The position numbers and the translations under genes were made by a program. 64,000 nucleotides of DNA from Actinomycetota bacterium (GTDB lineage Bacteria > Actinomycetota > Actinomycetes > S36-B12 > FW305-bin1): positions 79,440-143,439 of the forward strand of contig SCTR01000002.1 in assembly GCA_004297305.1 (NCBI GenBank), in the 5' to 3' direction. Below the pieces are notes generated by a model. That model did no database searches. It saw only the letters and a program-made list of their open reading frames with translations, and was not told the DNA's origin. Of the stretch, positions 1 to 9,427 are shown one piece after another (within the stretch, counting starts at the first letter, position 1; every line of letters starts with the position of its first letter).

Positions 1-639
1 CTCGACCGGCTGCAGACGGAACTGGCCGACGTCCGATCGTTGTTGCGGGACGAGGGGACCACCATCCGGCTGGTGCTGACCCCCGAAGCTGTCGTGGTCG
101 CCGAGGCCCGCCGGACGCTGACGACGTTGGCGTTGTTCGGATATCGCGTGGACGCCGCCATCGCCAACCGGCTGGTACCCCCGGGCGCCGATCCGTGGCG
201 GTCGGCGCTGGCCGCAGCCCAGGCTCAACAGTTGGCCCAGGTGGCCGCAGACTTCGCCCCGCTGCCCGTGCTATCGGTACCCTACGAAACTGTCGAACCG
301 GTCGGGATGGACTCGCTGAAGACGTTGGGGCAGAGCCTCTACGGCGACCTCGACCCGATTGCCGAGTTGAGCGTCGTCCCGGTGTCCCGGGTCGAGCAGA
401 CCGACGACGGCTACGCGCTGATCCTGCCCGTGCCGCTTGCCGAGCGCGCCACGGTCGAACTCGAACGAATCGGCGACGACCTCGTCGTCGGTGTGGGCGG
501 GCAACGGCGGATCGTCGGGTTGGTCTCGGCGTTGCGGCGCTGCCGGGTGGTCGGTGCCAGCCTCGCCGGTGGCGAGCTCACGGTCCGCTTCGTTCCGGAT
601 CCAGCGCTGTGGCCGAACGTGAACCGGCGGCAGGGGTGA
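1..639 (+). CDS. ArsA/Get3-family anion-transporting ATPase, C-terminal part (5' end outside window)
   Basis: Frame 1 is open from base 1 to TGA 637-639 with high GC3. The C-terminal region looks like actinobacterial ArsA-like ATPases. The stop overlaps the next start (GTGA). Confidence 0.7.
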   Translation, partial: LDRLQTELADVRSLLRDEGTTIRLVLTPEAVVVAEARRTLTTLALFGYRVDAAIANRLVPPGADPWRSALAAAQAQQLAQVAADFAPLPVLSVPYETVEPVGMDSLKTLGQSLYGDLDPIAELSVVPVSRVEQTDDGYALILPVPLAERATVELERIGDDLVVGVGGQRRIVGLVSALRRCRVVGASLAGGELTVRFVPDPALWPNVNRRQG

Positions 640-1052
640 ACGCCGTACGGCCGGATCCGTGGTGGTTCACCGGAGAAGGTGGACCGCAGGAGGCAGCACA
701 ACGCGATGACTCCGGTGATCGGCGCGACCCCGGTGGTGACTCCGGCCGTCAGCACGACTCCGCCGGTGCCGCAAGCGATCACCACGACCTCGGCCACGAC
801 CACGGGGCCGACGACTCGGTGTGCGCGATCTGTCCGGTGTGCCAACTGTTACGGGTGGCTCGCCGGTTGCGACCCGAGACGGTGGAACACCTGACCCGAG
901 CAGCGACAGAGTTGGGCGCGGCGCTGCAGTCGTTGGCCTCGTCGTCCCCGGTCCGATCAGACCCCAGCGGCGACAGCGACTCGGTCGCCGAGCCGCCACC
1001 CCGTCCCCGCCAGCGGGTCCCGCTGGACGAGCCCGAGGAAGGTTCGGCATGA
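636..1052 (+). CDS. Small acidic Cys-motif protein (possible SCO2127/DUF5304-type, glucokinase-associated)
   Basis: GTG 636 overlaps the upstream stop (GTGA), and its TGA overlaps the glk ATG (ATGA 1049-1052). The 138-aa product carries the motif SVCAICPVCQ. The position between the ArsA-like ATPase and glucokinase matches the Streptomyces SCO2127 slot (from memory). Start and family assignment are uncertain. Confidence 0.5.
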   Translation: MNAVRPDPWWFTGEGGPQEAAQRDDSGDRRDPGGDSGRQHDSAGAASDHHDLGHDHGADDSVCAICPVCQLLRVARRLRPETVEHLTRAATELGAALQSLASSSPVRSDPSGDSDSVAEPPPRPRQRVPLDEPEEGSA

Positions 1053-1993
1053 CGCTGACGATCGGCATCGACATCGGTGGGACCAAGATCGCGGCTGGCG
1101 TGGTGACCGAGGACGGCACCATCGTGGCCGACACCCGCCGCCCCACACCGGTTCGCGACGCCGACGCCGTGGTGGCGACGATCATCGACCTGGTGGCCGA
1201 GTTGCGCCAGGACAGGCAGATCGAGGCGATCGGCGTCGGTGTGGCCGGGCTGGTGGACTCCGATCGCGCGCGGGTGATGTTCGCGCCCAACCTCGGATGG
1301 GTGGAGCAGCCGCTGCGCGCGGAGATCGAACACGGTACGAACCTGCCCACCGTGGTCGAGAACGACGCCAACGTCGCTGCCTGGGGCGAGTACCGGCACG
1401 GTGCGGGACGGGGCCACGACGACGTGACCGTGATCACCGTCGGTACCGGTATCGGCGGCGGGATCGTGCTGGGCGGCAACCTGATCCGCGGCGCGCACGG
1501 TGCAGCCGCGGAGATCGGCCATCTGCAATTGGTGCCGGACGGTCGGCCCTGCGCGTGTGGCCGGCGCGGCTGCTGGGAGCAGTACGCGAGCGGAAACGCC
1601 CTGGTGCGTGAGGCTCGGTTGCTTGCCGCGGAACGCCGACCCGACGCCAAGCTGATGCTGAGCCTCGGGGACGGTACGCCGGAGGGTGTCCAAGGGCGCC
1701 ACGTGACCGACGCGGCTCGCAAGGGCGACCCGGTCGCGCTCGAGGCGTTCCAGCGCGCGGGTACTGCGCTCGGTGAGGGACTGACCGACCTCGTGGCCTT
1801 GCTCGACCCGGCGTCGTTCGTGCTCGGCGGCGGGGTGGCGGAGGCCGGCGACCTCCTGCTGGTTCCGGCGCGCACGGTGCTCGCGCGCGACGTGATCGGC
1901 GGCGTACACCGGCCGGTGCCGGAACTCCGCATCGCCGAGTTGGGCAACCTCGCCGGGCTCATCGGTGCCGCCGACCTCGCCAGGACTCGCTGA
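1049..1993 (+). CDS. glk: ROK-family glucokinase
   Basis: N-terminal ATP motif IGIDIGGTKIA, ROK signature and Zn-site CACGRRGCWEQYASG. ATG 1049 is inside the 821-1993 ORF. Confidence 0.9.
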   Translation: MTLTIGIDIGGTKIAAGVVTEDGTIVADTRRPTPVRDADAVVATIIDLVAELRQDRQIEAIGVGVAGLVDSDRARVMFAPNLGWVEQPLRAEIEHGTNLPTVVENDANVAAWGEYRHGAGRGHDDVTVITVGTGIGGGIVLGGNLIRGAHGAAAEIGHLQLVPDGRPCACGRRGCWEQYASGNALVREARLLAAERRPDAKLMLSLGDGTPEGVQGRHVTDAARKGDPVALEAFQRAGTALGEGLTDLVALLDPASFVLGGGVAEAGDLLLVPARTVLARDVIGGVHRPVPELRIAELGNLAGLIGAADLARTR

Positions 1994-2109
1994 ACTCGCC
2001 AGGACCCGCTGACCGGCATCCCTGACCCTGGTACCCGCTCACCGCGCCGGCACACGCCCAACTCGGCCCGCAACCGACCCTCGACCCGACTGGCCCAGGT
2101 TTCGCCGTA

Positions 2110-2157
2110 CCACCGCAAGGGCGCCCTAGCCGCTCGCATTCGCCGCCCTTGCGGTGG
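2110..2157. terminator. Perfect 14-bp inverted repeat (CCACCGCAAGGGCG / CGCCCTTGCGGTGG, 20-nt loop) between convergent glk and tadG-like genes; candidate bidirectional terminator
   Basis: The arms at 2110-2123 and 2144-2157 are exact reverse complements. Located in the 184-bp convergent spacer. No U-tract. Confidence 0.4.
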
Positions 2158-2177
2158 CACGGCGGACGAGCGGGTGG

Positions 2178-3254
2178 CTACTGGACGAGGCGGACGGCGG
2201 AAGCCGGTGTGCCGCAGACGATGGCGTCTTCGTGGGCGGCGCAGTATGCCGTCACGTCGGCGATTGCCAGGTAGCCGTCGGAATCGCCGGGCAACGTCGC
2301 TGCGGTCAGGCGTAAGGCAGGGCTGAAATCGGTGTCCATCGGGCCGGTCGGGAATGGGCCGCCGCAATGACCCGGAACCTCATTGCTGTTGCGCCCGGTA
2401 GTGGGACTGTCCTCCAGCTGCCAGCCGCAGAGCCGCACTGCCTGCAGTCCGGTGACGTTCAAGGGATTCGCGGGGGCGCCGTAGATGGGGAGCACGACAA
2501 TGCGCTGTGTCCGTACGAGCTCGTCGAGCGCGTCGCCGACGCTGTCAGGACCCGTGCCGGCGGCCGGCAGACCACGAGATTGCAGCCGGAGTGTCTGTCC
2601 GTCGAGTTCCATGATTGCGCTGAAACCGTTCGCGAGCCAGGAAGCGACCTCGGAATCGGTGATGGCGCCGGCGTCGACTGGTCCGACGACCAGGCCAGGG
2701 CATCCGGGTGCCTTGAGATCGAATCCCTCGGGCCCACCTCCGGGCACTCGCCGGCACAACGAGAAGGGCAGCATGCCTTCCACCACTTGTGGTGTCCCGA
2801 CTGCAGCGGTCGCCTGTCGGCCAACCGTGTAGTCATCAACGCCGAAGATCCCCCCGAATACGGCCGCCGTCGTACCGGTTCCGACGACCTGGACGGTCAT
2901 CGTCTCCCCGACGCACGCCGTCGTCACTGTTCGGTCCCAGGGACCAGTGCCGCCGTTGTCCGCATGGGTATCGAAGAAGCCTTCTGCTGCGGCGACGCCG
3001 GCGGCCTGAATGGCTGGTGGTGTGGTCGAGCAGGGTTGAGACGGGTCGCTGAGAGCGGCGATCCTGCTAGCCCCGGCCAGGGCGGCGGCGTCGACAGCGC
3101 TCTGCAGCGTCGATCGGGCGGTGTAGGCGAGACCGAAGTCGACGCTGAAAGCCACCAGCGGAACGAGGACGAACGTGACGAGGACGGCGACAAGGATCGC
3201 GACGGCACCGTCGTCGCGCTGCACGGCCGGCCAGCGGCCGAGCCGGGTCGTCAT
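2178..3254 (-). CDS. TadG-like (Tad/Flp pilus-assembly domain) secreted or membrane-anchored protein
   Basis: N-terminus MTTRLGRWPAVQRDDGAVAILVAVLVTFVLVPLVAFSVDFGLAY is typical of TadG/pilus-assembly N-terminal domains, followed by a Cys-rich domain. ATG 3254 overlaps the tadE-like stop (ATGA). Confidence 0.7.
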   Translation of the reverse strand: MTTRLGRWPAVQRDDGAVAILVAVLVTFVLVPLVAFSVDFGLAYTARSTLQSAVDAAALAGASRIAALSDPSQPCSTTPPAIQAAGVAAAEGFFDTHADNGGTGPWDRTVTTACVGETMTVQVVGTGTTAAVFGGIFGVDDYTVGRQATAAVGTPQVVEGMLPFSLCRRVPGGGPEGFDLKAPGCPGLVVGPVDAGAITDSEVASWLANGFSAIMELDGQTLRLQSRGLPAAGTGPDSVGDALDELVRTQRIVVLPIYGAPANPLNVTGLQAVRLCGWQLEDSPTTGRNSNEVPGHCGGPFPTGPMDTDFSPALRLTAATLPGDSDGYLAIADVTAYCAAHEDAIVCGTPASAVRLVQ

Positions 3255-3730
3255 GGCTTGTACTCGCACCGATAGGTCGCTGCGCTGGTGAGGGTGAAGC
3301 TGTTGTTCAGCACCAACGGGATCGACAGCGTGACGTCGTACGACACGGTCACGGTGAGGTCGCTGAATGCACCCGGCGAAGGTGCGTCGCAGGGCGGGTT
3401 GGTGCTGCAGCCAGCGGTGGCCGCTGGTGCGGCGATGGCGAGTTGCCCGGTCAATGCGTCCCGGGCGACCGCTTCTATCTGTGCGCAGGTGGGCGCCGGG
3501 CCGCCGATGGGACGGACGACCCCGAAGCGGGCGGCGGCCTGCGCGGCGTTGGACAGTGCAAGCTTCTGCGACAGCAGGATCCCGAGTCCGACGACGCCGA
3601 AGACCAAGATGACGAGGACAGGAAGGACGAGCGCGAACTCGACTGCCGCTGCGCCGCGGTCGAGCTGGGCGCGGGAGACGCGGCGGTGGACGCGGCGCAG
3701 CGCGGCGCGGCATCGCCGCCCACAACTCAT
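3251..3730 (-). CDS. TadE-like pseudopilin-type protein
   Basis: TadE motif RGAAAVEFALVLPVLVILVFG. SD GGGGAAGG lies 6 nt upstream of ATG 3730. Confidence 0.75.
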   Translation of the reverse strand: MSCGRRCRAALRRVHRRVSRAQLDRGAAAVEFALVLPVLVILVFGVVGLGILLSQKLALSNAAQAAARFGVVRPIGGPAPTCAQIEAVARDALTGQLAIAAPAATAGCSTNPPCDAPSPGAFSDLTVTVSYDVTLSIPLVLNNSFTLTSAATYRCEYKP

Positions 3731-3904
3731 CTGGCACCTTCCCCGCTCGCCGCCTGCCCCGGTGGATGGTCGCACGGCGTGGCGGTGACCGTCAGCCCAC
3801 CCTTCGGCCCGGCAGCGCAGCGACCCGCCCCGGCGTTCTGCCGCTACCGGCCGTTCGGCACGACCGGGCGCCTCGGCGCGCGGCGACGGACGGGCGCCGA
3901 CCGT

Positions 3905-4888
3905 TCAGACGACGGCGCCGTCCTCGGGGCCGTCGTCGCCTCGGTCGTCCCGCATCCGTGCGACCAGGGTCACGAAACCGGCGACGAAGCCAAGGACCGC
4001 CAGCGCCGACAGGTACCGGTCCAGCCGCCAGCCCAGCAGGTACGTCACCAGAAGCAGCAGCGGACCGCCGAGTACCCCGACCCAGGCCAACCGGGTCAGG
4101 GTGTCCCCGCGGGGCAGCGGCGGCGGCGTGGGCGGGACGAAGTGGTCGCCGGGATCGTCGTCCGGGCTGCCCGCCTGCGGTCCGGCCTCGGTCCGGCCGG
4201 CGTCGGCCGCGGGCTGGGACGCGAAGCCGGGCTGATCGCTGGGCAGATCCGAGGAGCCGTCGGGGCGGGCCCGCCGGATCAGTCGCCCGCTCAGTCCGCT
4301 GGCCGGCGGTCCGTCGCCGGGGCGTGCCCGCCCGGTGTCGGCGGCACCGTCCGGTCGGCTGGCACCGTCGGTCGGTGCGCCCCCTCGCGTCTCGGCGGCG
4401 CCTGCCGGTCCACCCGCCGACCCGGGGCTGTCGAGGACCGACGGCCCGGCTCCGGCGGCAGGATCCTCGCCGTCAGTCGGTACGGCGGTGTCCGGCGGCA
4501 GCCGTGGCGTCCGGGGAGCGGCGGTGTCGGCGTACCCGGCGACGATCGCCGCCCAGGCCGCGTCGACCTCCGCTGCTTCCATCGCTGCGCGGTCGGTGCG
4601 CGCCGCGGCGTCGGCGAGGAAGTCCGCGCGCATTCCCGGCAGCGTCGCCTCGATGACCTGCCGGGCTCGGTCGGCAGCGGCCCGATCGACGTACAGCCGT
4701 GACGTCGGCCGGCTCGGCGGGCGCAGGTCCCGGTACGGCCCGGTGACGCCGGGCACCGGCTCGACGTACGCCGCGACCCCGGCGTCCCGCAATGCCGCGA
4801 GGACCTGGTCGGACAGCGGCGGGTCCACGTCGGCCAGCGCCACCCACGACGAGGCCGGGCCGAGTCCGTTGTCGCGGGCCACTGTCAA
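3905..4888 (-). CDS. Conserved membrane protein (soluble N-domain, Pro/Gly/Ala-rich linker, two C-terminal TM helices)
   Basis: 327-aa ORF whose ATG overlaps the upstream esterase stop by 4 nt. C-terminal hydrophobic segments LAWVGVLGGPLLLLVTYLLGW and ALAVLGFVAGFVTLV. Function unknown. Confidence 0.6.
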   Translation of the reverse strand: MTVARDNGLGPASSWVALADVDPPLSDQVLAALRDAGVAAYVEPVPGVTGPYRDLRPPSRPTSRLYVDRAAADRARQVIEATLPGMRADFLADAAARTDRAAMEAAEVDAAWAAIVAGYADTAAPRTPRLPPDTAVPTDGEDPAAGAGPSVLDSPGSAGGPAGAAETRGGAPTDGASRPDGAADTGRARPGDGPPASGLSGRLIRRARPDGSSDLPSDQPGFASQPAADAGRTEAGPQAGSPDDDPGDHFVPPTPPPLPRGDTLTRLAWVGVLGGPLLLLVTYLLGWRLDRYLSALAVLGFVAGFVTLVARMRDDRGDDGPEDGAVV

Positions 4889-5646
4889 CCGTCCCGTACG
4901 CCTGCGGTGACCCGGTCGATGAAATCGCTACTGCCCGAGAAGATCTCGGCAGCGTCGTTGTCGAGGGTGGCGACGTGGAACGAGTCGTGCAGCACGCGCT
5001 CGGCCGTGTCCGTACTGCTCACGTGGTCGAGTATGTACGCGGTATTGGACGCCTCGACGACGTGATCGACCTCGCTGCGAAAGACGAGGACCGGGGCGAC
5101 GACCGTCCCGAGGTCGGCGCGCACCACCGACCACAACTGGGACAGCGAGTACGCCGCGCGCAGCGGCGTACGGTCGTAGGCGATCTCGTCGACGCCGGCG
5201 CGCTTGATGTCGTTGGCGACGCCGGGCACGGACGGCAGGAGGAACCGGGCGGCCGGCAGGGCGAAACGGTCCTTGCGTTCGGTGAACACCGACGGGTTGA
5301 CCAGGACCAGCCCGGCGACCTCGCGCGGATGTCGTTGCGCCAGCCGCAATGCGAGCGTGCCACCCATGGACAGGCCGCCGACGGCGACCGCCCGAGTGAC
5401 CTCGCGCAGCGCGAGGTAGGCCCGTTCGACCTCGGCGTACCAGTCCTGCCACCGGGTCGCGTTCATGTCCTGCCACCGTGTCCCATGGCCCGGCAGCCGG
5501 GGCGCGCTCACGGTGAAGCCCTGCTCGACCAGGTACGTCGCCCACGGCAGCATCGAGGCCGGCGAGCCGGTGAAGCCGTGCACGAGCAGGACGCCGACCG
5601 GGCCGTCGCCACCGCGGAAGGGTTCCGCACCAGGAAGCAGGGGCAT
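4885..5646 (-). CDS. Alpha/beta hydrolase (carboxylesterase/lysophospholipase-like)
   Basis: HGFTGS oxyanion region and nucleophile elbow GLSMGG. SD GGGAGGA lies 5 nt upstream of ATG 5646. Confidence 0.85.
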   Translation of the reverse strand: MPLLPGAEPFRGGDGPVGVLLVHGFTGSPASMLPWATYLVEQGFTVSAPRLPGHGTRWQDMNATRWQDWYAEVERAYLALREVTRAVAVGGLSMGGTLALRLAQRHPREVAGLVLVNPSVFTERKDRFALPAARFLLPSVPGVANDIKRAGVDEIAYDRTPLRAAYSLSQLWSVVRADLGTVVAPVLVFRSEVDHVVEASNTAYILDHVSSTDTAERVLHDSFHVATLDNDAAEIFSGSSDFIDRVTAGVRDG

Positions 5647-5800
5647 GCTGGTCCTCCCGCTCCGGTGGTCAGCCGCGACAGTCGACGAGCCGATCGTGGC
5701 ACACCGGTCGGACGGCGCTGCGGCGTTGTCGCCCGGGTACGGCCCGACCGCCTATCCTGAGCCGGATCGGCGGGGTGCGCCGTCGGAGGAGGTCTGGCGG

Positions 5801-6535
5801 GTGCTGTACTGGCTGCTCAAGCGGGTCCTCGTCGGGCCGTGGCTTCGGGTGCTGTATCGCCCCTGGGTCGAGGGCCTGGAGAACCTCCCTGCCGAGGGGC
5901 CGGCCATCATCGCCAGCAACCACCTGTCGTTCTCCGACCACTTCTTCCTGCCCCTGGTGTCCCGCCGCCGGATCACCTTCCTGGCCAAGTCCGACTACTT
6001 CACTTCGCCGGGGATCAAGGGCTGGTTCACCAAACTGTTCTTCTCCGGCGTCGGGCAGGTCCCGTTGGACCGCTCGGGCGGCCGCGCCTCCGAGGCGGCA
6101 CTGGCGACGGCCCTGCGGATCCTCGGCGAAGGTGAGCTGCTCGGGATCTATCCGGAGGGCACCCGCTCCCCGGACGGCCGGCTGTACCGCGGCAAGACCG
6201 GCGTGGCGTACCTCGCGCTGGAGTCCGGCGTGCCCGTCATCCCGGTGGCCATGATCGGGACGTACGAGGTCCAGCCGCCAGGCCAACGCCTGCCGCACGT
6301 GCGCCGGGTGGGCATCCGGATCGGCGCGCCGATGGACTTCTCCCGGTACGAGGGAATGCAGTCCGACCGTTTCGTGGTCCGCTCGGTCACCGACGAGATC
6401 GTGTACGCGCTGATGCACCTGTCCGGCCAGGAGTACGTCGACATCTACGCGCAGACGGCCAAGAACCGTGCGCGCCCGTCGGCCGAGCCCGCGCGCGGTG
6501 TCGACCCGGCTGACACGCCGCGACTGGCCGGCTGA
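5801..6535 (+). CDS. plsC: 1-acyl-sn-glycerol-3-phosphate acyltransferase
   Basis: Acyltransferase motifs NHLSFSDH (HX4D) and YPEGTRS. GTG 5801 is preceded by GGAGGAGG. Confidence 0.85.
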   Translation: MLYWLLKRVLVGPWLRVLYRPWVEGLENLPAEGPAIIASNHLSFSDHFFLPLVSRRRITFLAKSDYFTSPGIKGWFTKLFFSGVGQVPLDRSGGRASEAALATALRILGEGELLGIYPEGTRSPDGRLYRGKTGVAYLALESGVPVIPVAMIGTYEVQPPGQRLPHVRRVGIRIGAPMDFSRYEGMQSDRFVVRSVTDEIVYALMHLSGQEYVDIYAQTAKNRARPSAEPARGVDPADTPRLAG

Positions 6536-6664
6536 GCGTCACCGCGGAAGGCCGGCCCGCTGAACCTCGTCGGGCTGAATGTCAATGAGTTGCGAGCCGC
6601 CGGTTGAGCGTGGCAACGCCGCGGACGACGTGTCGGGGCCGGCGGCCTGGCTACTGTGGCGCGC

Positions 6665-7693
6665 ATGCGTGTCGGAGTCCTGACCGGCGGCGGCGACTGC
6701 CCCGGTCTGAACGCAGTCATCCGTAGCGTGGTACGGCGCGGCATCGCCGTGCACGGCATGCAGATCGTCGGCTTCGCCGACGGCTGGCGGGGCCCGTTGG
6801 AGGGCCTCACGGTGCCGCTGGACGAACGACGGGTGCAGGGCATCGAATCGGTTGGCGGCACGATCCTGGGTTCGTCGCGGACCAACCCTGCTGCCCTACC
6901 CGACGGCATCGAGCGGGTCCGGGCAAACCTCGCCGCCGCGGGGATCGACGCGCTGGTCGCCATCGGCGGCGAAGACACTCTCGGGGTGGCCGCAGAACTC
7001 GCCCGAGTGGGCGTCGACGTCGTCGGCGTCCCCAAGACCATCGACAACGATCTGTCCGGCACCGACTACACCTTCGGTTTCGATACCGCCGTGAACATCG
7101 CCGTCGAGGCGTTCGACCGGCTGCGGACCACGGCCGAGTCGCACCACCGCACCCTGGTGGTCGAGGTCATGGGTCGTCACGCCGGCTGGATCGCGTTGCA
7201 CGCCGGCCTCGCCGGTGGCGCGACGGTGACGCTGATCCCGGAGGCCCCCTTCGACCTCGACGAGGTCGCCGCGTGGGTATCGGCCTGTGCCGCAACGGGT
7301 CGGGCGCCACTGGTCTGCGTCGCGGAGGGAGCGGTGCCGCAGGAGACGGGACTGGTGACCCGCGACGACAGCATCGACGCGTTCGGGCACGTCAAGCTGT
7401 CCGGAATCGCCGACCGGCTCGCCGGGCAGCTCGAACGGCGTACCGGGATCGAGTCGCGCAGCGTGGTGCTCGGCCACCTGCAGCGCGGTGGGCCACCGAC
7501 CGCCTTCGACCGGGTGCTGGCGACCCGACTCGGCCTGTGCGCCATCGATTCGGTGGCCGCCGCCGAGTTCGGTGTGATGGCAGCGCTGCACGGCACGGAG
7601 GTCGGCACGGTGCCGCTCACAGCCGCGGTGGGCACGCTCAAGACCGTGCCCATGGACCGCTACGAGGAGGCGCGGGTGTTCTTCGGGACATGA
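6665..7693 (+). CDS. pfkA: 6-phosphofructokinase
   Basis: MRVGVLTGGGDCPGLNAVIR, GGEDTLG, PKTIDNDL and MGRHAG motifs. ATG 6665 sits 7 nt after TACTGT (6652-6657), which is leaderless geometry. The alternative GTG 6656 would overlap that hexamer. Confidence 0.9.
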   Translation: MRVGVLTGGGDCPGLNAVIRSVVRRGIAVHGMQIVGFADGWRGPLEGLTVPLDERRVQGIESVGGTILGSSRTNPAALPDGIERVRANLAAAGIDALVAIGGEDTLGVAAELARVGVDVVGVPKTIDNDLSGTDYTFGFDTAVNIAVEAFDRLRTTAESHHRTLVVEVMGRHAGWIALHAGLAGGATVTLIPEAPFDLDEVAAWVSACAATGRAPLVCVAEGAVPQETGLVTRDDSIDAFGHVKLSGIADRLAGQLERRTGIESRSVVLGHLQRGGPPTAFDRVLATRLGLCAIDSVAAAEFGVMAALHGTEVGTVPLTAAVGTLKTVPMDRYEEARVFFGT

Positions 7694-9312
7694 GCGCTCC
7701 GGCCCCGACCGTCCCCGATATCGCCCGCAGGCCGGCCCACGCCGGTCTGGTCCTGGCCACGTTGATCCTCGGCGCGGTCGTGGCCAACATCAACCTCGGA
7801 ATCGCGAACGTCGCGTTGCCCACCATCGGCCGGGAACTGCAGGCGAGTCAGACCCAGCTCACGGCGGTCGCCAATGCGTTCTCGCTCGGTCTGGCCTGCT
7901 CGGTGCTGTACTTCGGCGCCATCGGAGACCGCTACGGCCGCAAACTGTTGTTCCTCATCGGTGCGGCGGCGTCGATACCGACCGCCATGCTGGCGGCGTG
8001 GGCCAGCGATCCGCAGCTGCTGGCCGCCTATCGCTTCCTCGGCGGGTTGTCGGCCGGCCTGTTGTTCCCGACCACGCTGTCGTTGATCACCGCCTTGTGG
8101 TCGGGACCGGCGCGCACCAAAGCCATCGCGCTGTGGTCGGGGATCGGCGGCGGCATGGCGCCGCTGGGCCCCATCGTGGGCGGCTGGCTGCTCGAGCACT
8201 TCTGGTGGGGCTCGGTCTTCCTGCTGACAGCGCCGTTCGCCGCCCTCGCCCTGGTGCTCGGGATCTTCCTGGTCCCTGGCCGGACCCGGACCGATCCGGC
8301 TCGGGTCGACCACCTCGGTGGTGTGCTGTCGGTGATCGGCGTAGCGGCCCTGGTCTTGGTCATCGAACGGGTCAGCGGCGGGCTCACTCCGTTGTGGCTC
8401 ACCGCTTTCGGCGTGGCGCTGGTCATCCTGGCGGCCTTCTTCTGGCGGCAGACGCGGGCGCCGCATCCGCTGGTCGACCTGACGCTGGCGAAGGCCACCA
8501 CGTTCTGGGTCGCGGTCGTCGCCGGCATGATCACCTTCGGTTCGCTCATCGGCGCGATGTTCATCGGGCAGCAGTTCACCCAGAACGTCCTGGCGATGGA
8601 GCCGCTGAACGCCTCGCTGTGTGCGCTCCCGGCCGCGGCGGCCATGGTGCTGGGTGCGCCGGTGGCCGGTCAGTTGCTGCTGCGCCGGGGCGGACGAGCC
8701 ACTTTCGCGCTCGGCCTGCTCAACGTCGCGCTGGGTTTCCTGGTGATGCTGGTGACCTGGCGGCCGGGCGCGTCGGTGACCTGGGTCTGCGTGGGCTACC
8801 TGTTCGTCGGTCTCGGTGTCGGCTTCTCCGCGACTCCGGCGTCACGGTCGCTGATGAGTTCGTTGCCGGTACGCCGGGCCGGCATGGGCTCGGCGTTCCT
8901 CGACCTCACTCGCGACCTGGGCGGATCGATCGTGCAAGCCGCCATGGGCGCGCTGCTCGCCGTCGCGTACACCGGCTACTTCACCCAGGCGTTCGCGGCC
9001 TTGCCACCGCAGCAGGCTCAGCAGCTCGGATCGCAGGCAGCCCAGACGATCGGTTCGTCGTACGCCGGTGCCGCGGAGGTCGCGACCGGGTTCCCGCAGG
9101 CGCAGGCCGCGCAGATCGTCGCTGCCGCCAACACCGCGTTCACCGAAGGCAAGAGCGCGGCGATCGGGCTCGCGCTGCTGCTGACGCTCGTCGCGCTCGG
9201 GCTGGTGCTGTGGCGCTATCCGCGCCAGCAGCAGGAGGAGGCGTTCTTCGCCTCGGTGGCCGCTGCCGACGCGGCCGCGCCGCCGGCGTCTCGCCCAGCT
9301 TCGGCCCGCTGA
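7690..9312 (+). CDS. MFS transporter, DHA2 (EmrB/QacA-like, about 14 TMS) family
   Basis: ATG 7690 overlaps the pfkA stop (ATGA). N-terminal MFS motifs (LGIANVALPTIGREL, GAIGDRYGRKLL) and multiple TM segments. Confidence 0.85.
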   Translation: MSAPAPTVPDIARRPAHAGLVLATLILGAVVANINLGIANVALPTIGRELQASQTQLTAVANAFSLGLACSVLYFGAIGDRYGRKLLFLIGAAASIPTAMLAAWASDPQLLAAYRFLGGLSAGLLFPTTLSLITALWSGPARTKAIALWSGIGGGMAPLGPIVGGWLLEHFWWGSVFLLTAPFAALALVLGIFLVPGRTRTDPARVDHLGGVLSVIGVAALVLVIERVSGGLTPLWLTAFGVALVILAAFFWRQTRAPHPLVDLTLAKATTFWVAVVAGMITFGSLIGAMFIGQQFTQNVLAMEPLNASLCALPAAAAMVLGAPVAGQLLLRRGGRATFALGLLNVALGFLVMLVTWRPGASVTWVCVGYLFVGLGVGFSATPASRSLMSSLPVRRAGMGSAFLDLTRDLGGSIVQAAMGALLAVAYTGYFTQAFAALPPQQAQQLGSQAAQTIGSSYAGAAEVATGFPQAQAAQIVAAANTAFTEGKSAAIGLALLLTLVALGLVLWRYPRQQQEEAFFASVAAADAAAPPASRPASAR

Positions 9313-9427
9313 CCGACGCGGCCATCGACCTGCCCGGCCACTGGTCCCGCACGGTGTTCCGTCGGCGCGCTGATCTTGTCGGCCGGCTGCCCGGTTCGGA
9401 CTGCGGGCATCCCCTAGGGTGCGGCTC

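Noticed and set aside
195-635. The upstream 147 codons of the 285-aa ORF 195-1052.
   Set aside because: This part overlaps the ArsA-like gene out of frame and is Arg-rich shadow sequence. Only the part from GTG 636, coupled to the ArsA stop, is considered potentially real.
667-2367. A 566-aa minus-strand ORF antisense to glucokinase. The same applies to similar cases: 13414-15918 (+), 16260-18221 (+), 18026-20020 (+), 9877-11700 (-), 53635-55101 (-) and 61100-63781 (-).
   Set aside because: All are mirror images of well-supported genes. Their composition is dominated by R, G, P and A, and GC3 is lower than in the opposite-strand frame.
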